From Lingula anatina (lineage: Eukaryota > Animalia > Brachiopoda), in assembly GCA_051362555.1 (NCBI GenBank), contig CM120643.1, forward strand, positions 12,994,644 to 13,058,643: a stretch of 64,000 bases of DNA, in the 5' to 3' direction. The notes below the pieces were generated by a model. The model did no database searches and was not told where the DNA came from. It worked only from the letters and a program-made list of their open reading frames with translations. Position 1 is the first letter of the stretch, and each line of letters opens with the position of its first letter. Made by a program: the position numbers and the translations under genes. Positions 15,001 to 36,653 of the stretch are shown here, one piece after another.

Positions 15001-18000
15001 GATATGGCAGTTTTCTTCAATTTTGACCAGGTAGGGATGAAAAATTTTTTTCTTCAATATTGTGTCAGGTAGGTGTGTTTGGTCATTTGTAGTGAGGGTA
15101 AAGTACTGGAAGAGTGGTTTTGTCATTATTAAGGAAGAAATAGAGCAAAAACTCTCTCCACCCCCCCCCCCCTCTCTCTCCAAATCCTGTTCTCAGGTGT
15201 GCTTTCTGGCAATCTTTAAAGCTGAAATTGGGGGCTTTAATGAAGTGATCCGGGCGCGTTTCCACATTTTTTATGAATGACAGGTGTGGTAAATTGATTT
15301 TCATGACTTTTTGGAGAAATTGGTGACGGGTCATTTTTGGGTGATTTTGAGTGATTTTCGTAAGGTCCGGATATGGCAGTTTTCTTCAATTTTGGCCAGG
15401 TAGGGATGAAAAATTTTTTTCTTCAATATTGTGTCAGGTAGGTGTGTTTGGTCATTTGTAGTGAGGGTAAAGTACTGGAAGAGTGGTTTTGTCATTATTT
15501 AGGAAGAAATAGAGCAAAAACTCTCTCCACCCCACCCCCCTCTCTCCAAATCCTGTTCTCAGGTGTGCTTTCTGGCAATCTTTAAAGCTGAAATTGGGGG
15601 CTTTAATGAAGTGATCCGGGCGCGTTTCCACATTTTTTATGAATGACAGGTGTGGTAAATTGATTTTCATGACTTTTTGGAGAAATTGGTGACGGGTCAT
15701 TTTTGGGTGATTTTGAGTGATTTTCGTTAGGTCCGGATATGGTAGTTTTCTTCAATTTTGGCCAGGTAGGGATGAAAAATTTTTTTCTTCAATATTGTGT
15801 CAGGTAGGTGTGTTTGGTCATTTGTAGTGAGGGTAAAGTACTGGAAGAGTGGTTGTGTCATTATTAAGGAAGAAATAGAGCAAAAACTCTCTCCACCCCC
15901 CCCCCCCCCCCCTCTCTCCAAATCCTGTTCTCAGGTGTGCTTTCTGGCAATCTTTAAAGCTGAAATTGGGGGCTTTAATGAAGTGATCCGGGCGCGTTTC
16001 CACATTTTTTATGAATGACAGGTGTGATAAATTGATTTTCATGACTTTTTGGAAAAATTGGTGACGGGTCATTTTTGGGTGATTTTGAGTGATTTTCGTA
16101 AGGTCCGGATATGGCAGTTTTCTTCAATTTTGACCAGGTAGGGATGAAAAATTTTTTTCTTCAATATTGTGTCAGGTAGGTGTGTTTGGTCATTTGTAGT
16201 GAGGGTAAAGTACTGGAAGAGTGGTTGTGTCATTATTAAGGAAGAAATAGAGCAAAAACTCTCTCCACCCCCCCCCCCCCCCTCTCTCTCCAAATCCTGT
16301 TCTCAGGTGTGCTTTCTGGCAATCTTTAAAGCTGAAATTGGGGGCTTTAATGAAGTGATCCGGGCGCGTTTCCACATTTTTTATGAATGACAGGTGTGGT
16401 AAATTGATTTTCATGACTTTTTGGAGAAATTGGTGACGGGTCATTTTTGGGTGATTTTGAGTGATTTTCGTAAGGTCCGGATATGGCAGTTTTCTTCAAT
16501 TTTGGCCAGGTAGGGATGAAAAATTTTTTTCTTCAATATTGTGTCAGGTAGGTGTGTTTGGTCATTTGTAGTGAGGGTAAAGTACTGGAAGAGTGGTTTT
16601 GTCATTATTTAGGAAGAAATAGAGCAAAAACTCTCTCCACCCCACCCCCCTCTCTCCAAATCCTGTTCTCAGGTGTGCTTTCTGGCAATCTTTAAAGCTG
16701 AAATTGGGGGCTTTAATGAAGTGATCCGGGCGCGTTTCCACATTTTTTATGAATGACAGGTGTGGTAAATTGATTTTCATGACTTTTTGGAGAAATTGGT
16801 GACGGGTCATTTTTGGGTGATTTTGAGTGATTTTCGTTAGGTCCGGATATGGTAGTTTTCTTCAATTTTGGCCAGGTAGGGATGAAAAATTTTTTTCTTC
16901 AATATTGTGTCAGGTAGGTGTGTTTGGTCATTTGTAGTGAGGGTAAAGTACTGGAAGAGTGGTTGTGTCATTATTAAGGAAGAAATAGAGCAAAAACTCT
17001 CTCCAAATCCTGTTCTCAGGTGTGCTTTCTGGCAATCTTTAAAGCTGAAATTGGGGGCTTTAATGAAGTGGTCCGGGCGCGTTTCCACATTTTTTATGAA
17101 TGACAGGTGTGGTAAATTGATTTTCATGACTTTTTGGAGAAATTGGTGAGGGGTCATTTTTGGGTGATTTTGAGTGATTTTCGTTAGGTCCGGATATGGT
17201 AGTTTTCTTCAATTTTGGCCAGGTAGGGATGAAAAATTTTTTTCTTCAATATTGTGTCAGGTAGGTGTGTTTGGTCATTTGTAGTGAGGGTAAAGTACTG
17301 GAAGAGTGGTTGTGTCATTATTAAGGAAGAAATAGAGCAAAAACTCTCTCCACCCCCCACCCCCCTCTCTCTCCAAATCCTGTTCTCAGGTGTGCTTTCT
17401 GGCAATCTTTAAAGCTGAAATTGGGGGCTTTAATGAAGTGATCCGGGCGCGTTTCCACATTTTTTATGAATGACAGGTGTGATAAATTGATTTTCATGAC
17501 TTTTTGGAAAAATTGGTGACGGGTCATTTTTGGGTGATTTTGAGTGATTTTCGTAAGGTCCGGATATGGCAGTTTTCTTCAATTTTGACCAGGTAGGGAT
17601 GAAAAATTTTTTTCTTCAATATTGTGTCAGGTAGGTGTGTTTGGTCATTTGTAGTGAGGGTAAAGTACTGGAAGAGTGGTTTTGTCATTATTAAGGAAGA
17701 AATAGAGCAAAAACTCTCTCCACCCCCCACCCCCCCCCCCCCCTCTCTCTCCAAATCCTGTTCTCAGGTGTGCTTTCTGGCAATCTTTAAAGCTGAAATT
17801 GGGGGCTTTAATGAAGTGGTCCGGGCGCGTTTCCACATTTTTTATGAATGACAGGTGTGGTAAATTGATTTTCATGACTTTTTGGAGAAATTGGTGACGG
17901 GTCATTTTTGGGTGATTTTGAGTGATTTTCGTTAGGTCCGGATATTGTAGTTTTCTTCAATTTTGGCCAGGTAGGGATGAAAAATTTTTTTCTTCAATAT

Positions 18001-19389
18001 TGTGTCAGGTAGGTGTGTTTGGTCATTTGTAGTGAGGGTAAAGTACTGGAAGAGTGGTTGTGTCATTATTAAGGAAGAAATAGAGCAAAAACTCTCTCCA
18101 CCCCACCCCCCCTCTCCAAATCCTGTTCTCAGGTGTGCTTTCTGGCAATCTTTAAAGCTGAAATTGGGGGCTTTAATGAAGTGATCCGGGTGCGTTTCCA
18201 CATTTTTTATGAATGACAGGTGTGATAAATTGATTTTCATGACTTTTTGGAAAAATTGGTGACGGGTCATTTTTGGGTGATTTTGAGTGATTTTCGTAAG
18301 GTCCGGATATGGCAGTTTTCTTCAATTTTGACCAGGTAGGGATGAAAAATCTTTTTCTTCAATATTGTGTCAGGTAGGTGTGTTTGGTCATTTGTAGTGA
18401 GGGTAAAGTACTGGAAGAGTGGTTTTGTCATTATTAAGGAAGAAATAGAGCAAAAACTCTCTCCCCCCCCCCCTCTCTCTCCAAATCCTGTTCTCAGGTG
18501 TGCTTTCTGGCAATGTTTAAAGCTGAAATTGGGGGCTTTAATGAAGTGATCCGGGCGCGTTTCCACATTTTTTATGAATGACAGGTGTGGTAAATTGATT
18601 TTCATGACTTTTTGGAGAAATTGGTGACGGGTCATTTTTGGGTGATTTTGAGTGATTTTCGTAAGGTCCGGATATGGCAGTTTTCTTCAATTTTGGCCAG
18701 GTAGGGATGAAAAATTTTTTTCTTCAATATTGTGTCAGGTAGGTGTGTTTGGTCATTTGTAGTGAGGGTAAAGTACTGGAAGAGTGGTTTTGTCATTATT
18801 TAGGAAGAAATAGAGCAAAAACTCTCTCCACCCCACCCCCCTCTCTCCAAATCCTGTTCTCAGGTGTGCTTTCTGGCAATGTTTAAAGCTGAAATTGGGG
18901 GCTTTAATGAAGTGATCCGGGCGCGTTTCCATATTTTTTATGAAAGACAGGTGTGGTAAATTGATTTTCATGACTTTTTGGAAAAATTGGTGACGTGTCA
19001 TTTTTGGGTGATTTTGAGTGATTTTCGTAAGGACCGGATATGGCAGTTTTCTTCAATTTTGGCCAGGTAGGGATGAAAAATTTTTTTCTTCAGTATTGTC
19101 AGGTAGGTGTGTTTGGTCATTTGTAGTGAGGGTAAAGTACTGGAAGAGTGGTTGTGTCATTATTAAGGAAGAAATAGAGTCAAAACTCTCTCTACCCCTC
19201 ACCCTCTCCAAATCCTGCTCTTAGGTGTGCTTTTTTACTATCTTTAAAGGTGAAATTGGGGGCTTAAATGAAGTGATCCAGGTGTGTTTCCACATTTTTT
19301 TATGAATGACAGATGTGGTAGATTGATTTTCGTCACAATTTGGAAAAATTGGAGACGGGTCAATTTTGGGTGATTTTGAGTCATTTTCA
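1..19389. repeat. Tandem satellite DNA array, ~365-bp monomer (347-378 bp), ~53 copies, continues beyond the left edge of the window
   Basis: The same unit (GGGTCATTTTTGGGTGATTTTGAGTGATTTTCG...AAATTGGTGAC) recurs head-to-tail. Length variation comes almost entirely from a poly-C tract. The last monomer (~19000-19389) is visibly diverged. Confidence 0.99.
9001..19233. repeat. Higher-order tandem duplication of a 14-monomer block (~5113-5114 bp; ~9001-14119 and ~14114-19233)
   Basis: Rare variant monomers recur at a constant offset, e.g. ORF-track pairs 9162/14275, 9848/14962, 12410/17524, 13904/19018. The variant GAGTCAAAACTCTCTCTACCCCTCACC occurs at both ~14064 and ~19177. Confidence 0.93.
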
Positions 19390-20525
19390 TTCTATCAAGA
19401 AAGGAGTAATTAAAATAACCTTCAAATTTAACTTTCTCTTTTACTTGTGAAACAGTTGTGCAGCATTCTGTTCTCTTGAAGTCCAGCTTGTTCGCATAAT
19501 GTAAAAATCCAACTCATGAGCAGCTCTAGATTTTCACCTTTATTATATACCCATCTATTTTTTATATTATATACCCATCTCTTTTTTTACGTGACTCACA
19601 TCCACAATAAAGGTTCACATACATTTTAGAGTCAATCACAGGTAAAGTGAACTAGTGAACAGAAAACTTCTTCTGACCGCAATTGTCCATATTATGTACA
19701 GGAGGAACTTCAACATTATCAGTGCCAAACACAAAGTGCCAAATACATAAAAGTAAAGAGTGGCTTTGGAGCCTGCTGGCCTTAAGGACCAAGAATCAGC
19801 CAACTTTATAACTTACTCTCTCTTTTTTTTTTTTTTTTTTTTTGTTAATGGATCTACTCAACCTGAATCGATCTTGCCTCCCTGGGAGTTTTACAACAAT
19901 ACATAATAGAAGTCAGCACTCTTCACAGAGCCATAAAACCAGTCCATAAATACACGTTTCAATATTTAACAGTAATATCAAATGCCTTGTATATGTACAT
20001 TAGAGAAACGTTATAAGGTTCACAAAGCACTATAAATTCAGCAAGTATGTTATTGGCAGTTAGAAGAGCTCGTTCAAACATAAACACATATAACTCACAG
20101 AAATCTTCTTTATAACATTACCATAATGATATAACAGCCCGAGAATACTGTCAAAAGAGTCATGTAACTTGTTTCCTTTAAACAACTGATGCAACTGTTT
20201 AAAATATAATTGAATCTTACGGCAAATTGGAATAACATGTTGCAAAATAAGCTATATATATATACAAGACACAGCAACACATAGCAGGCCAGTCTGGCTA
20301 TAATAATTTACCATCATCTTTAATGATTATGTTACAAATATGGCTTTAAAAAATTCCATCAGAAAATTTTAAGTTTTAAAGCAGGAAAATGACAAAAATA
20401 TGCCATAAGTTGAATCAAAATGACAGGAAACAGTAAAACTGAAAGGAATTCTATTCCCTGAAATTTGTACAGTTCCTAATTACTTTTTTACTCATTAGTT
20501 TTTTGTTAAGTACCACAATTCTTTC

Positions 20526-30523
<9,998 letters not shown>

Positions 30524-30921
30524 GGTTCACAGCTACGATAAGACTGGGTTCCTTAAATATGTAATATTTTGATTTTATTAGTCTCCCTTAAAATTTAAAA
30601 CTTGATATATTTAGATTAAAACTAAGTGGTTTAAACTGAAAAACTAACTATACATATGTATGATACTTGATATTGATAAATGTTTTTTTTTTTTTTTTTG
30701 TCCTTAATTAGACCATTAGAAGCTATTGACAACTGATTATTGACTGGTAGAGTATATAAAGTGTGAGACATTAGTAAAGTGACAAATATGAGAGAAATGG
30801 AAATTAACTCAATAAATACAGGATCACTGTGGTGTATAACATTGAAATTATCAACACGTATTTTAACTGAGTACCACACTGTGTAGTAAATACTACTAGT
30901 ACATAACTTTAGTACTCTGAT

Positions 30922-31022
30922 TAGCACGAAAATTCATGCGTTAGCACTCCTATTGACTCTGATATGTACTGGCTGTGCTAACTATAGTCAATAGGAGTGC
31001 TATTGCATGAATTTTCGTGCTA
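30922..31022. mobile_element. 101-bp foldback MITE with a 9-bp TSD (Mutator/MULE-like)
   Basis: ~37-bp TIRs TAGCACGAAAATTCATGC..TAGCACTCCTATTGACT / AGTCAATAGGAGTGCTA..GCATGAATTTTCGTGCTA. Perfect direct repeat TACTCTGAT at 30913-30921 and 31023-31031. Confidence 0.85.
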
Positions 31023-31580
31023 TACTCTGATGAGTGATCGAATTATTACAGAAATGATATAAGTGCCTAATATCAATCGTGAATTAATTGTGTATTTGCA
31101 AAACATTTATGAAGCTTGTGTGCTAGCTAATATTCACTACCGGTCAACATAGTAACATATGATCTACTCAACCTGATGTCAGTGATGAATGGTTCATGAA
31201 AATTACTAGACTACGATTTATTTCCATGCAAGGATCAAGGGCCTTGGGTGTCAGGTCCATAAATGCTTCGCTTGTGTACAAATAACGATCTCTGAACTAT
31301 ATTTACACCAGGCTGATGGATATTTCTGCACTGTCAACTATTCAGTTAATCATAAAACTGACAGTGGCAGAAAGACAGTCGGCGGGGCACGATAATCTCA
31401 ATGATATCATGATCAAAACATCTCACCTGGTTTTACGATCTGTGATTTAACTTACATTTAATAATTTACAGGGTATTACTAAATTAACGGAATACTATTG
31501 CCTGGCAGCATTCAACTCAGCAATAAGTTCCGTAAGATATATATTCATATAAAAGACAGCAACTAACGAGATTGCCTCAC

Positions 31581-31932
31581 CTTTTGCGATATACAGCTTT
31601 GTCCACTGATCACACTCTTCCCGCCAAACAAATGCGCTTTAAATCACGTGTGGATATTCGCGGGAAATGACCGACCTTGACCTGTTTTTCTGACAAACAG
31701 CAACACGTTTTAATTTTATGAACATCTTGTTGTATATTTTATGAATATATACAGATAAACATATTCTATAAATCTTTGTGGTATTCTCTACCTTAACTGA
31801 ATAATCTACAAACAGGTTAACGCAATTATATGTAACGACATTACGTAGTACCCATCTGGGGCACTTAAGCCATGTGGGAAGTTGGGCAAGAATTGCCAAA
31901 CAAAACGTTTAATGACACAGAGAATCCTCAAG
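31581..31932. promoter_or_regulatory. Putative bidirectional MCM4/MCAT promoter with two E2F-type sites and an E-box
   Basis: TTCCCGCCAAA (31618-31628), TTCGCGGGAAA (31657-31667), CACGTG (31645-31650). A minus-strand donor (GTGAGG at 31580) suggests an MCM4 5'UTR exon. A plus-strand AAG/GTGTGT at ~31932 and an acceptor at 32193 suggest an MCAT 5'UTR exon. E2F control of MCM genes is established. Confidence 0.65.
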
Positions 31933-32227
31933 GTGTGTGGTTCAACAAATTTGCTTTTATTTAGCAGCATTTTAGTCAGAAGGGAAAGTCGGAAGTTAAT
32001 TTACTTGTACATAAAGCTCTGAAATTTAGTTACAGCAGTGGTTTGTGTCGGTGATTTTTAGACTGGTGTTAACGACAATGCAGATGTAGCAAAAAAAAAT
32101 GTAATACAGTTAAAGAGTTGAAGTTCATGTTACAAATATTTATTCATTGAATTGATTTATGAAGTGAAATTGACTTTTTTTATCCATTTCCAGGGCTGTA
32201 AAACAGATATCGATGTTCTGAGAAAAG

Positions 32228-35200
32228 ATGACAATGCGTTTTTTAGTTCGGCTGCTGCATCAGAGATTCCACAGTATACTTCCACAACATGGAAGAGTAC
32301 GGAATAGGGGTGGGAGTTTTATGTCTCCTTGTCATTTCACCAATGAGAAAAGGACAATCCTCACCAGCCCAGTCATTCTTTACCCACGTGGTCGGCACAG
32401 GCCACCGTCAGGGTCTCTCGCCAAACGTTCAGGCACTCGTCAGGACAGGAGAGCAATCTCAGATGATGAAAATAACAATCAGCGCAAAGCACCGGAGTCT
32501 TATAAGGGTTTCAGGAGCGAGGAGGGACTCAAGGAGGGTTGGGGCCTACGACAATCCTCTCCTTTCAATAATTACAATGTGCGAAGATCTAGAGATGCTG
32601 GAGCTGCTGAAAGAGGAATGGAACGATACAGCAGGGAAAGCCGTGAAAAATCTAGTGGTGAATTGAACACTTTACAGAAAAGTAAAAGAATCAGACCACG
32701 GCCTACTGAAAAGAGCATGAAGGCAGAAATTAACATGTTAGATATGGATGAGAAAGAGTTTTTTCATTCAGATTCGGAGTCCAGTGATGATGAAGATGAA
32801 GTGGAAGGGACACCATTATTTGATGCAGCAAAAGCAAAGTTACTTAAGGAAACCAGCTTTATACATGTAGCTGAAGAACAGCGATCAAAGCAAGATCAAA
32901 CTGCACATGCATATAGACCTAACATTGACCCTCGGGAAACCTCTATCATTTTATTTCCTGGACAGGGCAGTCAGTTTGTTGGGATGGGAAAGAAGTTACT
33001 CGGCTACTCAAATGTAAAGGACATGTTTGAGATGGCCAATGAAATTTTAGGATATGACTTGTTGGAATTATGCCTCCATGGCCCCATTTCTGAGCTAAAC
33101 AAGACTGTTCACTGTCAGCCGGCTGTGTTTGTGACGTCTCTTGCTGCTGTGGAAATGATGAAGGATTCTAACCCCAAGGTGCTTTACTTACATGAGATGA
33201 GGGTTTAGTTTTCTAGTATTTTAGTTAATTTTTATAGCTGGTTTGATATAAAATGAAAGCATTTTGAAGAACAGACTCTGTTAAGTTGGGCACATGTTAA
33301 AAGTTGAGAAACACTATTAAAGCTTAGTTAGTATTTCATTTTAGTTGATCAGATTGAATTTTTTTTGACTTGAGTTTTTCAAAACTATCAATAACAGCTG
33401 GTATGAGATGGGACTAAAATAAGACAACAAGAGTGACTTTGTGCTAATATTATAGTTATGTACAGACCTAGATAATATGTTGGTAAGAACTTCAACTGAT
33501 TTTAACTGTGACTGTGTGTTTCAGGTACTGGAGAAGTGCATCACCACCACAGGGTTTAGTGTAGGAGAATATGCTGCACTAGTGTTCGCAGGGGCAATGA
33601 CATTTGAGGATGGTAAGGATGAGGACATGGGCATCTTGGAAATTTCTGTCCCAAAACATACACAGAGTTTTTGTTCCTATGCACATTATACACTAGGTCA
33701 TTTTTGAAAATTTATTTATTTATTTGTTTGTTTGTTTGTTTGTTTGTTTGTTTGTTTGCTTGTTTGTTTGAGAATGACAGGTTTATTTTGGACTGGTGGA
33801 GGACCCAGTTTTAGCTTTTAAAGCTCAGATCACATTTTGACTGAAGTTCTTTAAATTTGTGAAACTGGCCTCTAAAGTTTTTTGTTTCCTGGCCAAAGGC
33901 AGGTCCTTGGCGCATGTGCTCTTAGTTATTTGTGGAAGTATTGTGAATGCAAAACTCCTTTGTGGATTATTTGTGCCTTCCTACTCCATGTGTTGTTATA
34001 ACTTAACTCCTTCATTGTTATCCTCTTGCAGTTTCCATCTCTTTAATATTTATTATAATAGAATAGAATAGAATAGAATAGAAGGCAGAAATAGCAAGAA
34101 AACTAAGGTTTTCTGTTACTAAAGTATTTTATTTCATGTCTTTGCTTGGTCAAAAAACTGTGCTGCACTGAATTGTTTTATTTCAGGTCTGAAATTGGTC
34201 AAAACCCGTGCCCAGTTAATGCAGCGTGCATCTGAGGAGGTTCCAGGGGGCCTAATGACGGTATTTTTGTGGCCCAACACCGAGTTAGGAGAGGCCAAGC
34301 AAGTTGCTATGGAGTTCTGTCGCCAGAAAGCTGGGATTGTCAACCCAGTGTGTAGCACTGCCAACTACCTGTGCTTTAATGCCAAGGTTCTGGGAGGAAA
34401 TATAGAGGTGAGGATGAAGGCCATTACTCAGAAGTCACGGGGTAAAGTTTAAAGAAAAAAAATCACTGAAAAGTGTTTAGTAAAGAGGTACCAATAAAAA
34501 AGGCTGCCACCAAGGTAGCCCATATCCTAAAACAATGACAAAAGCACAATCTATAAACCTGTTTTTGAGTAACAAGTTTTTTTTTCAAAATGGTGTGGGG
34601 AATGCGTAAAATTTACGTATGATGACAAAAAAAAAAGTTGGTTTCTGGTATTTATCTTTAGTCAACAGTTTTGGATGGAATTAAACCTTTGTCAATATTA
34701 TATTTTTCTATATGAAGGTGTTACACGCATTGTATATCTTTATGTCCTTGTTTATGTGGAAATTGGATTGAAATTTTAAAAAAATGTATATTAACCAAAA
34801 AGCAATAGTGATAAGAAACACTCTTTTTTCCAGGCTTTGAAATTTATCGAAAAATCAAAGAGTGTTTTCAACATCCCCCGTGTCAAGCCTCTCCCCGTCA
34901 GTGGAGCATTTCACACTGCCCTCATGAGACCCATTGCCCAGGAATTTAAAAAAAAACTGGATGGAGTCAAGATAGGAGTTCCTCTCATCCCAGTGCAGAG
35001 TAACGTGAATGCCAAAAGATATAGAAAACCTGACGTAATTAAGAAAATGTTGGTGAAACAGTTATATTCCCCAGTCAAGTGGGAGCAGATTATGCAGACA
35101 TTATACGCACGACCCAAAGACTCGGCATATCCAGACACGTATGAACTTGGGCCTGGAAAACAGCTGGGTACGTTACTGAAGTCTGTGTGTCAGTCTGCAC

Positions 35201-35229
35201 ATAAAAACTACATGGACACAGAAGTATAG
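32228..35229 (+). CDS. MCAT: Mitochondrial malonyl-CoA:acyl carrier protein transacylase, ~551 aa, 4 coding exons
   Basis: Exons 32228-33178, 33525-33612, 34187-34407, 34834-35229 (1656 nt, phases consistent). Motifs: LFPGQGSQFVGMG, QPAVFVTSLA, catalytic GFSVGEY, RAQLMQ, LPVSGAFHT, QLYSPVKWEQ, YELGPGKQL. Arg-rich N-terminus resembles a mitochondrial transit peptide. Confidence 0.95.
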
Positions 35230-36653
35230 CAGATATGAGGAATAGGATTACAGGGTGCCATGTCTGACCTGTCAGCAACAATTTTTAAGGGTGGTTGGGG
35301 GTGGTCTATTACCAAAAACAGTTGAACTTTTTTCCCACTTAATTGACGTAACCTAAGAAATGGTCCGGAGTTGGAAGGATAACTAGATAAACAGGATATG
35401 TACACATAGAACATGCATGTTTGGAACAAATTAAAATGCGGATAGTATACTTTAATAATAAAATGGCTTATTCTTTAACATTGTGCATTCCATTAAAATC
35501 TCTATGCACCTTACAATTGTTTTTAAATTGAAGAACTTAATATTAAAATCTAAAAGAGCTAAATAGTACAATATAAAAGAACTAAATATTACAAACAATA
35601 AAGATTTAAAATGACAAAGTTTACAGCTAAAAATGACAAGTTAAAACTTAATTGTAATATTACAGGTATGTAGTTTATCTAGCTATATAAAATTTTAATA
35701 GTTAAATATTGTCAATTAAGACAAATAGGATGTATAAGAAGAAAAACTACTTGATAATCAATAATAAGCTGTTCTAAAATATAAGCCTTTAAAAGTATCT
35801 TACAAATATCCTTGTCGCCTCCTGCTCTTATTTAACTATTCCAGAGTTTGGATGCATATACTGTGAAAGCCCTTTTTTCAAATTTACCAACTTTTTTCCG
35901 TGAAACAGCTTGTTCTAAGAGTAAGTGGCTAAAAGTTGAAGACCTAGTAGCCTGCCCTTACTGAGGTGGCTTAATGTGCATTGAGATATAGAGTTGTTTG
36001 TTTTCTGTAACTGCTTCAAAAATTACATGTAAAACTTTAAATAAAATAAATACATGATACAGCCTCATATTTGAATATATGCAGTTTCAGATTGCTTAAA
36101 TTGAAATATGGTATTTTATTTGAAAGTGGGGGGGGGGGGGGGGGGGGGGGGGGCAGCTGCCCCCCCCTGGAAATTGGGGTGCAAAAAAAAATAATTGCAA
36201 AGGTATAAAAATAATTGCAAAGTTGGTATCAATTCTGTGAGAAAAGGCACTCATGACCACTAGACAATCATTCAACAATCTGTTTACAAAGGTGCACTGT
36301 TTTTAGCCAACTCAGTTCATGCCAAAAAGCTCACCCTCCCTGAGGGAGCTATCCCCCAGGCCAATTGGCGTGTTGTGTTGAAAAAATGACTGTACTTATG
36401 GCAAAATGAACCCACAATTTCTGACTTCTGATTGACCAATAAATAACAGTTAAAATGCACCAGAATGCAGTATTATACATACAGTTTTTAAAGAAAATTT
36501 TCCACACCATGGGAGGGGGACACCCCCTCCCACACCCTCCCCCCTCGGGGGCTTCGCCCCCTCGTGTCCGCTTAATGCTCCCCCTAGCATTTTGCTCAGG
36601 CTACGGCCCTGCTTTCAGACAAGAGGGATTTGACAAACGAGCATGTTGTATAA

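Noticed and set aside
304-19224. About 100 near-identical short ORFs (MTRHQF..., MSGRCVW...) suggesting a tandem gene family or a homopolymer phase-variation system
   Set aside because: They are six-frame by-products of the satellite: mostly non-ATG starts, frames set by poly-C length, both strands affected, no recognisable domain.
1-19389. CRISPR-like array or rDNA/5S/snRNA tandem cluster
   Set aside because: No unique spacers, ~365-bp units, eukaryotic context with no cas genes, and no recognisable 5S, tRNA or snRNA sequence in the monomer.
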